This document shows positions 23,896 through 33,093 of a DNA stretch of 64,000 bases, in pieces; the stretch's first letter is position 1, and the number at the start of each line of letters is the position of its first letter. Source of the stretch: Candidatus Latescibacterota bacterium (GTDB taxonomy: Bacteria; Latescibacterota; UBA2968; UBA8231); contig OZ220089.1 in the NCBI GenBank assembly GCA_964291625.2, forward strand, positions 2,912,001 to 2,976,000. The letters run 5' to 3'. Under the pieces are notes generated by a model. That model was not told the origin of the DNA, did not search any database, and saw nothing but the letters and a program-made list of their open reading frames with translations. The position numbers and the translations under genes are program-made.

Positions 23896-25033
23896 GTCCG
23901 CGAGACCCCCGTACCGCGCCGCCATCATCGGGGCCGGCCGCATGGGCGGTCTCCTCGAGGACGAGCAGCCGCCCAACACCTTCCGCAAGCCCCACGGCCA
24001 CTTCGCCGCGTACTCCGCCGTCGACGAGACGCAGGTCGTGGCCGTGGCCGGCCGCCGGCCCGGGCGGCTGAAGCTGTTCACCGAGCGCTTCGGCATCGCC
24101 AACACCTATCTCGACTACCGCGAGATGATCGAGAAGGAGAAGCCGGAGATCGTCAGCGTCACCACCCAGTCCCGGTACCGCGCCGAGGCGATCCTCTTCG
24201 CCATCGAGCACGGCGTCCGCGGCATCTACGCCGAGAAGGCCCTGTGCGCCTCTCTCGCCGAGGCGGATGCCATCGCCGCGGCCTGCCGGTCGAAGGGCGT
24301 GGCCTTCAACTTCGGGGCCGAGCGCCGCTACCACGACGGGTTCGTGCGTCTGCGGCGGGCCATCGAAGCCGGCGACATCGGCCAGCCCCAGTTCGCCTTC
24401 ACCTACTGGTGCACCGACCTGATGAAGCACCACTCCCACTCCTTCGACACGGTGGCCATGCTCCTCGGGGACCCGGCGCCGGTCTGGGCCGAGGGGCGGC
24501 TCGTGGAGCCGGGGGATCCCCTCGACCCCGGGGAGACCCGTATGGGCCCCCGCGAGGGGGACGAGATGACCCGTCAGCCCCTGCCGGTCCCGGCCTACGA
24601 CCCGGAGGGCCACTGCTTCGTCCCCCCCGAGGGCACTCGCTACGCCGAGCCCGTCCTGGAGTTCGCCCGCGTCGGCTACGCCGGCGGCACCGAGTCGGTC
24701 TTCGTGCCGCGGCTCGGGGCGACCGAGTTCGAGGTCCACGGCGACCAGGGGCGGGTCTGGGCCTGGGACGACGGCGCCGACTTCCGCGTGCGGCGCCGCG
24801 CCGAGGGAGGCTGGAAGGAGGAGGTGATCCGGCCCCTGGGCGAGAGTCCCACGGTCGTCATCATCCGCGAGATCGTCCGCGAGCTGGAGACGGGGGAGCG
24901 CACCAGCGGCAACATCGACCGCACCCTGCAGGCGGCCGAGGCCGAGTTTGCCGTGGCCTGCTCCCACCTGCAGGGCGGCGCCCGCATCTCCCTGCCGGTG
25001 GAGGACCGCAGCCTCCGCATCCCCGGCCACTGA
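23888..25033 (+). CDS. Gfo/Idh/MocA family NAD(P)-dependent oxidoreductase
   Basis: IIGAGRMG Rossmann motif, YLDYREM, AEKA (variant of EKP). Confidence 0.85.
   Translation: MAESARPPYRAAIIGAGRMGGLLEDEQPPNTFRKPHGHFAAYSAVDETQVVAVAGRRPGRLKLFTERFGIANTYLDYREMIEKEKPEIVSVTTQSRYRAEAILFAIEHGVRGIYAEKALCASLAEADAIAAACRSKGVAFNFGAERRYHDGFVRLRRAIEAGDIGQPQFAFTYWCTDLMKHHSHSFDTVAMLLGDPAPVWAEGRLVEPGDPLDPGETRMGPREGDEMTRQPLPVPAYDPEGHCFVPPEGTRYAEPVLEFARVGYAGGTESVFVPRLGATEFEVHGDQGRVWAWDDGADFRVRRRAEGGWKEEVIRPLGESPTVVIIREIVRELETGERTSGNIDRTLQAAEAEFAVACSHLQGGARISLPVEDRSLRIPGH
24994..25033 (+). repeat. Direct repeat, left copy (3' end of Gfo gene)
   Basis: GCCGGTGGAGGACCGCAGCC-TCCGC-ATCCCCGGCCACTGA; recurs at 25493-25533. 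Confidence 0.9.
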
Positions 25034-25049
25034 GGACGCCGCCTCGTCG

Positions 25050-25078
25050 TTGACGGTTCGGTCGGGCTTCGGTACCCT
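25050..25078 (+). promoter_or_regulatory. Putative sigma70 promoter of the small coiled-coil gene
   Basis: TTGACG-17 nt-TACCCT. Confidence 0.55.
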
Positions 25079-25141
25079 CGATGTCCGTGCCCCCTGGGGC
25101 CCGGGCACGCTGGCCCCGTCCAGCAAGCGAGGAGAGTACGT

Positions 25142-25462
25142 ATGGAACACCTGAGCCCCTGGTTGTCTCCGGCTGCCGTGGTCGCCGTGATGCTGTTCGT
25201 CTGGCGCCGCCTGGACAAGCGGATCGACGACCTGCGAACCGAATTGCGGACCGAGCTGCGTGGCGAAATGAACGGCCTGCGCGGCGAGATGAACGGCCTG
25301 CGCGACGAGCTGCGCGGCGAAATGAACGGCCTGCGCGGCGAGATGAACGGCCTGCGCGACGAGATGCGGGGGGTGTCGGAGCGCCTGGCGCGGCTCGAAG
25401 GCGCCGCCTTCGGCCCCTGGCCTACCCGCTCGCAGGCGGAGACGGCCCCGGAGGCCGACTGA
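25142..25462 (+). CDS. Small membrane-anchored coiled-coil repeat protein
   Basis: RBS GAGGAG; hydrophobic N-terminal segment, then (ELRGEMNGLRGEMNGLRD)x2 and VSERLARLEG. Confidence 0.75.
   Translation: MEHLSPWLSPAAVVAVMLFVWRRLDKRIDDLRTELRTELRGEMNGLRGEMNGLRDELRGEMNGLRGEMNGLRDEMRGVSERLARLEGAAFGPWPTRSQAETAPEAD
25253..25360 (+). repeat. Intragenic tandem repeat, 2 x 54 bp containing 21-bp subunits
   Basis: gagctgcg(t/c)ggcgaaatgaacggcctgcgcggcgagatgaacggcctgcgcgac twice with one mismatch. Confidence 0.95.
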
Positions 25463-25492
25463 CGGGCAGGAGATCCGGGGGCCGGTCCCGGG

Positions 25493-25533
25493 GCCGGTGG
25501 AGGACCGCAGCCCCTAAAATCCCCGGCCACTGA
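25493..25533 (+). repeat. Direct repeat, right copy
   Basis: GCCGGTGGAGGACCGCAGCC-CCTAAA-ATCCCCGGCCACTGA; 35 identical bases with the left copy. Confidence 0.9.
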
Positions 25534-25556
25534 ACGCCCACCCCCCAGGAGACAAC

Positions 25557-27098
25557 ATGCCGGACTCCGCCTGGCCGCCGCGCCTGATCTACTACAGCGA
25601 CGCCCACCACTTCCACGCCAAGCGCATCGACCCGCCCCTGAGCCATCACAAGATGCGCTGGCCTGTCGACGAGCTCTCGGGGACCGGCGTCGACCTGCTC
25701 GCCTTCGGCCTCGGCTTCGGCGACGTCTACTTCCACCAGACCCGCATCGGCCGCGTCATCGGCCAGGAGCAGGAGGTCTGGGAGCAGTTCATCAACTGGC
25801 GCATCATGCGCATGGTCCGGGACGCCTCGGCCCTGGGCACCGACCAGCTGCGCGAGGTGATCCGCCACGGCCGGGACGCCGGCATCCGCGTCTTCCCCAG
25901 TCTCAAGCTGCAGGACCCGACCCCCCAGGGCGGCGAGCGCTGCGGCTGGCTCAAGTGGCGCCGGGGCATGGAGGTCACCCTGGGTACGGGGGACGACCGC
26001 TTCCCGAGCCACCAGACGGAGTGGTGCTACGACTACGCCAACCCCGCCGTCCGGGAGGAGAAGCTCAGCCTCGTCCGCGAGGTCCTGGAGGACTACGAGG
26101 CCGACGGCATCGAGCTCGACTTCATGTTCTTCCCCCTCTACTTCCGGCGCTCCGAGACCGAGGCCCACGTGGAGACGATGAACCGCTTCGTCGCCGACGT
26201 GCGGGCCCTGGCGCGCGAGATCGGCGAGGCCCGGTCGCGGACGATCCCGGTCATGGCCCGTGTCTGGCACCGGCGCGACGAGAACCTGGGCCTTGGCCTC
26301 GACGTCGAAGCCTGGCTCGCCGCGGGGGACGTGGACGTCGTCGTCGGCCAGATCCCCAACCTGTTCCTGGACCCGTGCGTCACCGACGGCCGCTGGCTGG
26401 CCGACGCCGCCAACGCCGCGGGAGCGGCCTCCTACCTGCGGCCGGGGCGCCGGCTCGAGGATCCCCGCACCGACATCGCCAACATCGAGATGTTCCGCGC
26501 CTTCGGGCAGACAGCGCGGTGGCAGGGGTTCACGGGGGCGTACCTCGGCTACCTGCCGTGGCCCTTCTCGGACGCCGAGTACCGCATCCTGCGCGAGATG
26601 GCCTTCCCCGAGGCGGCCCTGCGCCACGACAAGCGCTACTTCCTGCCGGAGCGGGAGGAGCTGCCCCCCTACGTGCGGCCCGACGGCCGGCGGCTTCCTC
26701 TCGTCCTCGAGGAGGGCGCCGCCGAGACCGTCTGCATCACCGTGGCCGACGAGATCGAGGCGGCCATCGCCGACGGCGAGATCCGCGACCCCGTGCTCAC
26801 CCTGACCTTCCGGCAGTTCTGCGTGGAGGACGAGGTCGCCTTCCGATTCAACGGCCGGGACCTGCCCGTCGAGGGCAAGGGCATCCACGAGCCCCGGCGC
26901 GGCCTCTACTGGCTGCGGTGGACCCTGGACGCCGGGGAGGTGGTGCAGGGGGAGAACACGGTCGAGCTGGAGATCCTGCGCAAGGAGAGGACCGCCGGCT
27001 TCGAGCGCACCCTCACCGGCGTCGAGATCCACCTGCGCTACACCGAGTTCGACCTCCCCGAGGCCCTCGACCCGGTCAAGATCCCGCCGCCCTCATGA
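25557..27098 (+). CDS. GHL10/DUF187-like TIM-barrel protein, copy 3 (divergent)
   Basis: RLIYYSDAHH, PSLKLQD, YDYANPAVR, DGIELDF, C-terminal beta domain like copies 1-2; RBS AGGAG. Confidence 0.7.
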   Translation: MPDSAWPPRLIYYSDAHHFHAKRIDPPLSHHKMRWPVDELSGTGVDLLAFGLGFGDVYFHQTRIGRVIGQEQEVWEQFINWRIMRMVRDASALGTDQLREVIRHGRDAGIRVFPSLKLQDPTPQGGERCGWLKWRRGMEVTLGTGDDRFPSHQTEWCYDYANPAVREEKLSLVREVLEDYEADGIELDFMFFPLYFRRSETEAHVETMNRFVADVRALAREIGEARSRTIPVMARVWHRRDENLGLGLDVEAWLAAGDVDVVVGQIPNLFLDPCVTDGRWLADAANAAGAASYLRPGRRLEDPRTDIANIEMFRAFGQTARWQGFTGAYLGYLPWPFSDAEYRILREMAFPEAALRHDKRYFLPEREELPPYVRPDGRRLPLVLEEGAAETVCITVADEIEAAIADGEIRDPVLTLTFRQFCVEDEVAFRFNGRDLPVEGKGIHEPRRGLYWLRWTLDAGEVVQGENTVELEILRKERTAGFERTLTGVEIHLRYTEFDLPEALDPVKIPPPS

Positions 27099-29029
27099 GA
27101 CGGGGGGTCGAGCTGGACCTGCCCACCGTCACCGCCGCGACGGTCACGGCCCCGCCCGCCTGGGCCCTGCTGGAGCGGCGCCTCTTCGAGGTCATGGAAG
27201 AGGCGGCCGAGCTCCGCGTGAGCCGCTACTCGCAGCGCGGCGGCGTGCCCTACTACGCCGACGACCTGGACGACCTCTACGAGATGATCCACAACTGGGG
27301 CCTGTTCTACGCCATGGGGGCGGACGAGCGGGTCCTGGAGCTGGCCCTGCAGCACTGGAACGCCGTGACCCGCTTCGGCGACGACAGCATCGTCAACCGG
27401 GTGCACCCCCGCTTCACCCAGCAGGTCCACCGCGAGTACTACGGCCTCGTCCATCCCGGCGACGCCGAGTGGCACCACGCCGGCGAGGGCAACATGGCCT
27501 TCTACCACCTCTGCCTGGCCGATCCGACGATCTCGGAGAACGTGCGCCGCGCGGTCCAGTTTGCCGGGTTCTATCTCGGCGACGACGAGGCCGCCCCCAA
27601 CTACGACCCGCGCCACAAGGTGCTGCGCTCCCCCTTCCAGACCAGCCAGGGCCCGTGGCTGGAGGCCACTCCCGAGAAGGCCCACGCCTACCTCTACGGG
27701 CCCGCCGAGCTCGGCGGTGAGGTCAACTACTACGGGACGCGCTCCACCCTCTACCCAGTGGTCCCCGACCTGGAGGCGGACTGGTGGAGGGAGCCCCGCC
27801 GCCGCAGGGAGATCGTCCGCCTCTTCGACCGCATCGTCCTCAACGCCGACTCCCCGAACAACCTCGGGGCCACGGCGCTGATCACCAACGCCTACCTGCA
27901 CACGGGGGACTCCCGCTACCGGGACTGGGTGATCGACTACGTCGGCGTCTGGATGGAGCGCATCCGCGCCAACGGCGGCGTCATCCCCGACAACGTGGGA
28001 CCGACCGGCGAGATCGGCGAGCACCGGGACGGCTGCTGGTGGGGCGGCGTCTACGGCTGGAACAGCTACTGCGGCTTCAACATCCTCTTCCACTCGCTGA
28101 CCATCGCCGCCGAGTGCGCCCTGCTGCTCACCGGCGACTACGGCTACCTCGACCTGCTGCGCTCGCAGATGCGGGTACTCATCGACAACGGCATCACCCG
28201 CGAGGACGGCCAGTTCCTGCAGGCGGTGCGCCACGGGCCCGAGGGCTGGGGCCACAAGATGTGGAACCCGGTGACCGGGCTCGACCAGCCGGTGCGCATG
28301 AACGAGCTGGCCCGCCTGTGGCACGCCTCCCTGTCGCGGCAGGACCGCGAGCTGCTCACCTGGGTCAGGGAGCGGGACGTGACCATCGACTGGAGCGCCA
28401 ACGAGGTCGAGGGTCCCGACTTCTACAAGGGGGTCCACGAGTACCCGCGGTTCCAGTACTACGACGGCCGGAACCCCGGCTGGCCGGAGGCGATCCTGCG
28501 GGCCGAGCTGGAGAGCGTCCTCAAGGTCCACCGCGAGCAGGCCGGGGACGAGCGCACCGTGGAGCGGATCATCGAGGACAACCGCTATCCCCAGAATCCC
28601 GTCCACACCAAGGTCCTGACCAACGTGATGATGGGGGCGCCGCAGCCGGTATACCACGGCGGCCTGCTGCGGGCGACGGTGCGCTACTTCGACCCGGGGA
28701 ACGCCCGCCCCGGCATCCCGCGGGACGTGGCCGCCCTTGTGGACCGGCTCGAGGCCGACCGGGTCGGACTGCAGCTGGTCAACCTCGATCCCGCCGCCGG
28801 CCGGCGGGTGGTGGTGCAGGCCGGGGCCTTCGGCGAGCACGCCTTCACCGAGGTCCGCGTCGACGCCGGCGAGTCGACGCAGGTCACGCCGGTGGAGGGA
28901 AAGCACTTCGCCGTGGACCTGCAGCCGGCGTCCGCCATCCGCCTCGAGGCGGGCATGCGCCGCTTCGTCAACGCCCCCTCCCACGCCTTCCCCTGGCACG
29001 GGGACCGCATTCCCGTGCCCTTCCAGTAG
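27095..29029 (+). CDS. Family A protein, copy 2
   Basis: ATG 27095 overlaps upstream TGA; same motif set as 18659-20689. Confidence 0.8.
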   Translation: MRRGVELDLPTVTAATVTAPPAWALLERRLFEVMEEAAELRVSRYSQRGGVPYYADDLDDLYEMIHNWGLFYAMGADERVLELALQHWNAVTRFGDDSIVNRVHPRFTQQVHREYYGLVHPGDAEWHHAGEGNMAFYHLCLADPTISENVRRAVQFAGFYLGDDEAAPNYDPRHKVLRSPFQTSQGPWLEATPEKAHAYLYGPAELGGEVNYYGTRSTLYPVVPDLEADWWREPRRRREIVRLFDRIVLNADSPNNLGATALITNAYLHTGDSRYRDWVIDYVGVWMERIRANGGVIPDNVGPTGEIGEHRDGCWWGGVYGWNSYCGFNILFHSLTIAAECALLLTGDYGYLDLLRSQMRVLIDNGITREDGQFLQAVRHGPEGWGHKMWNPVTGLDQPVRMNELARLWHASLSRQDRELLTWVRERDVTIDWSANEVEGPDFYKGVHEYPRFQYYDGRNPGWPEAILRAELESVLKVHREQAGDERTVERIIEDNRYPQNPVHTKVLTNVMMGAPQPVYHGGLLRATVRYFDPGNARPGIPRDVAALVDRLEADRVGLQLVNLDPAAGRRVVVQAGAFGEHAFTEVRVDAGESTQVTPVEGKHFAVDLQPASAIRLEAGMRRFVNAPSHAFPWHGDRIPVPFQ

Positions 29030-29039
29030 AGGAGGACGC

Positions 29040-31028
29040 ATGTCCGCTCCTCGGTACGGCCCCTCCATCGCCGCCTCGCAGTTGGCCTCGCCGCCCGAAT
29101 GGGCCCTGCTCCAGCGCCGCCTCATCGAGGTGGGCGAGGAGAACGCGGCCCTCATGGTGGAGAAGCACTGCGCTCCCGGCGGCATGATGTACTACGCCGA
29201 CGACATCGACGACTACTACGAGAAGGTCGACAACTGGAGCGTGTTCTACGCCATGGGCGGCGCCCGCCGGGTCTTCGACGACGCCATGATGATCTGGAAC
29301 GCGTCGACGCGGACCAACGGCCCCCGGGGCAACCCCGTCTTCGGCTGGATGCTGCCCCAGCTCTACAACGAGTACTACTGCCTGGGCCGGCAGGAGGAGT
29401 CGACCTGGGTCCCCGGCCGCCGCATGGTCAACGAGTGGCACCACCACTCCGAGGGGAACATGGCCTTCTACGGCTTCGGCCTCGCCGACCCGGAGATCCC
29501 GGAGAACGTCAACCGCGCCCGCCGCTTCGCGGACATGTTCATCGGCGCCGACCCGGAGGCCCCCAACTGGGACGCCGGCCACCGCATCATCCGCTCCCCC
29601 TTCCCCACCAGCCGCGGACCCGTCTTCGAGGTCACCCTCGAGAACGCCATGGCCGAGCTCCACGGCAGCCGTGTCCACGAGTCCGGGGAGGGGTACCTCT
29701 TCAAGGAGATGGGCACCAAGACGACCCTGCGCCCCCGCCTCGACCGCCTGGAGGAGGGCTGGTGGAAGGAGCCGCCGCGGGCGGCCGAGGTGCTCAAGCT
29801 CTTCAACCGCATGGTCCTCGACGGCGACGTGGCCAACAACCTGGCCGCCTGCAGCCTGGTGACCAACGCCTACCTCTACACGGGCGAGGAGCAGTACAAG
29901 GGGTGGGTCCTCGACTACGTCGAGGCGTGGATGGAGCGCATCCGCAGGAACGACGGCATCATCCCCGACAACATCGGTCCCAACGGCATCATCGGCGAGC
30001 ACCGGGACGGCCAGTGGTGGGGCGGCCTGATGGGCTGGAGCTACTACATGGGCTTCAACATCATCTTCCACGGCCTCGTCTCCGCCGCCGAGTGCGCCCA
30101 GCTGCTCACCGGCGACGCGGGATACCTCGACATCCTCCGCTCCCAGCTCAAGGTCATCGCCGACAACGCGATCACCGGCGACGACGGCCAGCTCCTGATC
30201 CGCTACCGGCACGACCACCGGGGCTGGGTCGACGAGAGCGAGTACGGCCATCTCGGCGCCTCGCCGATGCGGGGCAAGGACCTGGCCCACCTCTGGCACG
30301 CCTCCCTGGCCGAGGAGGACGCCCGGTTGTTCCGGCACTTCCGCGACGGCGAGGTCCGCCGCGACTGGAACGAGATGCTCGGCGCCAGCGAGAAGGACCA
30401 GGGCGACTCGGAGCTGGCCCGCTTCAACTACTACGACGGCCGCAACCCGGACTGGCCGGTGCGGATCCTGCGCCACGAGCTGGACGACGCCCTGCAGCGG
30501 CGGCAGCGGCTGATGGACGAGGACCGCACCCCCCAGGAGCTGGTCGACCAGCACGCCCACCCCGTCAACGGCATCCGCTCCCGCGCCCTCATCCAGACGA
30601 TGCTGGGCTGCCCCCAGATGGTCTACAACGGCAGCCTGCTGCGGGCCACGGTGCGCTACTACGACGCCCGGGCGAAGCGCCCCGGCCTGCCCCCCGAGAC
30701 CGCCGCCCTCGTGGAGGAGATCCGGCCCGACGGCGCCAACCTGCGCCTGGTGAACCTGGGCGCCTCGGACGAGGCCGCGGTGATCGTCCAGGCTGGCGCC
30801 TTCGGCGAGCACGCCTTCACCGGGGCGTCCTGGCGCGAGGGCGAGGAGACCCGGCGCCAGCCGGTGGAAGGCAAGTACCTGACGGTGACGCTGCCGGCGT
30901 CGACCTCGATCCGCCTCGACCTGGGCATGGAGCGCTTCGTCAACACCCCGTCGTACGCCCACCCGTGGCACGAGAAGGGGATTCACGTCGCCTCCGAGCC
31001 GGAGATGCCGCCGGGCTTCCCTCACTGA
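29040..31028 (+). CDS. Family A protein, copy 3
   Basis: RBS GAGGAGG, ATG 29040; PPEWALLQR, EWHHHSEG, AYLYTGEEQY, PDNIGPNG, SLLRATVRY, QAGAFGEHAFT. Confidence 0.8.
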   Translation: MSAPRYGPSIAASQLASPPEWALLQRRLIEVGEENAALMVEKHCAPGGMMYYADDIDDYYEKVDNWSVFYAMGGARRVFDDAMMIWNASTRTNGPRGNPVFGWMLPQLYNEYYCLGRQEESTWVPGRRMVNEWHHHSEGNMAFYGFGLADPEIPENVNRARRFADMFIGADPEAPNWDAGHRIIRSPFPTSRGPVFEVTLENAMAELHGSRVHESGEGYLFKEMGTKTTLRPRLDRLEEGWWKEPPRAAEVLKLFNRMVLDGDVANNLAACSLVTNAYLYTGEEQYKGWVLDYVEAWMERIRRNDGIIPDNIGPNGIIGEHRDGQWWGGLMGWSYYMGFNIIFHGLVSAAECAQLLTGDAGYLDILRSQLKVIADNAITGDDGQLLIRYRHDHRGWVDESEYGHLGASPMRGKDLAHLWHASLAEEDARLFRHFRDGEVRRDWNEMLGASEKDQGDSELARFNYYDGRNPDWPVRILRHELDDALQRRQRLMDEDRTPQELVDQHAHPVNGIRSRALIQTMLGCPQMVYNGSLLRATVRYYDARAKRPGLPPETAALVEEIRPDGANLRLVNLGASDEAAVIVQAGAFGEHAFTGASWREGEETRRQPVEGKYLTVTLPASTSIRLDLGMERFVNTPSYAHPWHEKGIHVASEPEMPPGFPH

Positions 31029-32203
31029 TGGCAACCCCCCCGCCCGGGTACCGCGTGGCCGTCATCGGCTGCGGCAGCCACGGCACCCGCCTGGCCCGGA
31101 CCTTCGACCTGGACCCGCGGTGCCGGGTGGTGGCAGGGGCCAACAGGGGGCGGGAGGGCCTCGACCTGTTCTGCCAGCGTTTCGGCGGCCTGCCCGGCTA
31201 CCAGGACTACCGCCGGCTGCTCGCCGAGGAGGAGTTCGAGATCGCCCTGCTGGCCCTGCCGGTCTCCGTGAACCCCGAGGTCGTCGCCGCCTGCGCCGCC
31301 AGGAAGGGGATCGCCGGCATCTTCAGCGAGAAACCGGTCGCCGTCAGCCTCGCCGAAGCCGACGGCGCCGTCGAAGCCTGCGAGGCCCGGGGCATCCCCT
31401 GGTCGGCGGGGGACATGTTCCGCAACGCCCCCGAGATCTGGACGGCGCGGCGCCTGGTCGAGTCCGGCGAGATCGGCGAGGTGCAGTCGATGAACATCTA
31501 CGGCTGCGGCGGCAACCAGATGTCGGGCCAGGGCTGCCGGCAACTCTCCGACGGCTTCATGTTCGCCGGCGACGCCGAGGTCGAGTGGGTGGTCGGCGCC
31601 GTCGACGGGGAGCCGGCCGACGCGGACCTGGGCCCCATCGACGAGCACAGCGACCACGACCAGGGCGTCGCCTTCGGGGTGATCGGCTTCGCCAACGGCC
31701 TCACCGCCCACCTGCACCGGAACATCACGGCCAGGAACGGGATCGAGGTCCTGGGCTCGGACGGCGTGTTGTTCATCGGCCAGAGCCGCGTCGGCCGGAT
31801 ATGGCGCCGGACCGCCCGCGGCCTCGAGCCGGACCGCAGCCTCTTCCCGGATCCCGATCCCGGGCAGACCGCCCTCCACCAGTACGACGAGGAGGGGTGG
31901 GAGGTCCCGCGCACACGCATGACCGAGAGCGTCACGGCCTTCCTCGACGCCGTCGAGAGCGGCGGGCCCGTGAAGTGCTCGGGCGCCGACATGCGCAAGG
32001 CCCTGGAGGTGGCCGTCGCCGTCCGCGAGTCTCACCGGCGCGGCGTCGTTCGGGTCGATCTGCCTCTCCAGGACCGCGGCCTCCGCATCATTCCCAGCCA
32101 GCGCCGACATGTCGGCCGCCGGGAGTCGGAAGGCAACGAGGCCTTCCTCGCCCACATCCGCGATCACAAGCGGGACCAGACCAGCGAAATGGATCCAGGA
32201 TGA
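31028..32203 (+). CDS. Gfo/Idh/MocA family oxidoreductase
   Basis: TGATG overlap; VIGCGSHG, YQDYRRLL, SEKP, ESHRRG..VDLP..DR. Confidence 0.85.
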   Translation: MATPPPGYRVAVIGCGSHGTRLARTFDLDPRCRVVAGANRGREGLDLFCQRFGGLPGYQDYRRLLAEEEFEIALLALPVSVNPEVVAACAARKGIAGIFSEKPVAVSLAEADGAVEACEARGIPWSAGDMFRNAPEIWTARRLVESGEIGEVQSMNIYGCGGNQMSGQGCRQLSDGFMFAGDAEVEWVVGAVDGEPADADLGPIDEHSDHDQGVAFGVIGFANGLTAHLHRNITARNGIEVLGSDGVLFIGQSRVGRIWRRTARGLEPDRSLFPDPDPGQTALHQYDEEGWEVPRTRMTESVTAFLDAVESGGPVKCSGADMRKALEVAVAVRESHRRGVVRVDLPLQDRGLRIIPSQRRHVGRRESEGNEAFLAHIRDHKRDQTSEMDPG

Positions 32204-33093
32204 CCTTCCCCGCCTCCGAGATGCACGCCGTGGCCGGGAGCGTCCCGGGCCGCATCGGCTTCTACGTGAAGGACCTCGAGACCGGGCTGCAGTGCGAGCA
32301 CAACGCCGACGAGCCGCTGCCCACGGCCAGCACCATCAAGGTGGCGGCCCTGATCGAGGTCTTCCGCCAGGACCGGGAGGGCCGCCTGTCCCTCGACGAC
32401 CGTCACCGCGTGCCCCGGGACGTCTCCGCCCAGGGCACCGGCGTGCTGCGCATCGCCCGCGATCATCCGGAGCTGACGGTGCGCGACTACTGCCGGCTGA
32501 TGATGGCCGTCAGCGACAACGTCGCCACCGACACCCTCGTGGGCCTCGTGACCCCCGCGGCGATCAACGCCACCATGGAGTCCATGGGCTTCCATCAGAC
32601 CCGGTTCCCCATGCCCATCGGCGTCTGGCACTACCTCATGGACGGCATCACCGCCACGCCGTCGCGGGAGAACGACGAGCTGAAGGTCGCCGGCCGGCTC
32701 GGCGGCGACGGTGACCGGGAGCTGCCCTTCGTCAGCTCGCTGGACAACAACGTCGCCTCCGCGCGGGACCTCGGACGGATGATGGAGAGGATGGAGCGGC
32801 GCCAGATCGTCGACGCCGGGGCCTGCGATGAGATGCTGGAGATGATGAAGCAGCCGAGGAACCCGAACCGGATCCGGCAGTATCTCAGGCCGGAGATCGA
32901 GGCGGCGCGCAAGAACGGGGGCAGCCGCATCAAGGCCGACGCCGGCGTCGTCTACCTGCCCACGGGCCCCCTGGTCATCGCCGCCCTCGCTACCACCGAC
33001 ACCCGCGAGGAGCAGCAGAAGGGCATGGACGCCATCGGCGAGATCAGCCGCCTGGCCATCGCAACCCTGTCACCGGAGAGCCTGATCGAATGA
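32200..33093 (+). CDS. Serine hydrolase, class A beta-lactamase-like fold, no signal peptide
   Basis: TASTIK (SxxK), SDN, RKNG (KTG variant); ATGA overlaps on both sides. Confidence 0.8.
   Translation: MTFPASEMHAVAGSVPGRIGFYVKDLETGLQCEHNADEPLPTASTIKVAALIEVFRQDREGRLSLDDRHRVPRDVSAQGTGVLRIARDHPELTVRDYCRLMMAVSDNVATDTLVGLVTPAAINATMESMGFHQTRFPMPIGVWHYLMDGITATPSRENDELKVAGRLGGDGDRELPFVSSLDNNVASARDLGRMMERMERRQIVDAGACDEMLEMMKQPRNPNRIRQYLRPEIEAARKNGGSRIKADAGVVYLPTGPLVIAALATTDTREEQQKGMDAIGEISRLAIATLSPESLIE

Noticed and set aside
25253-25360. Possible CRISPR-like repeat
   Set aside because: No unique spacers, in-frame coding repeat, no cas genes.
32200-33093. Antibiotic-resistance beta-lactamase
   Set aside because: No signal peptide, KNG instead of KTG, no evident class A deacylation Glu, and embedded in a catabolic operon.
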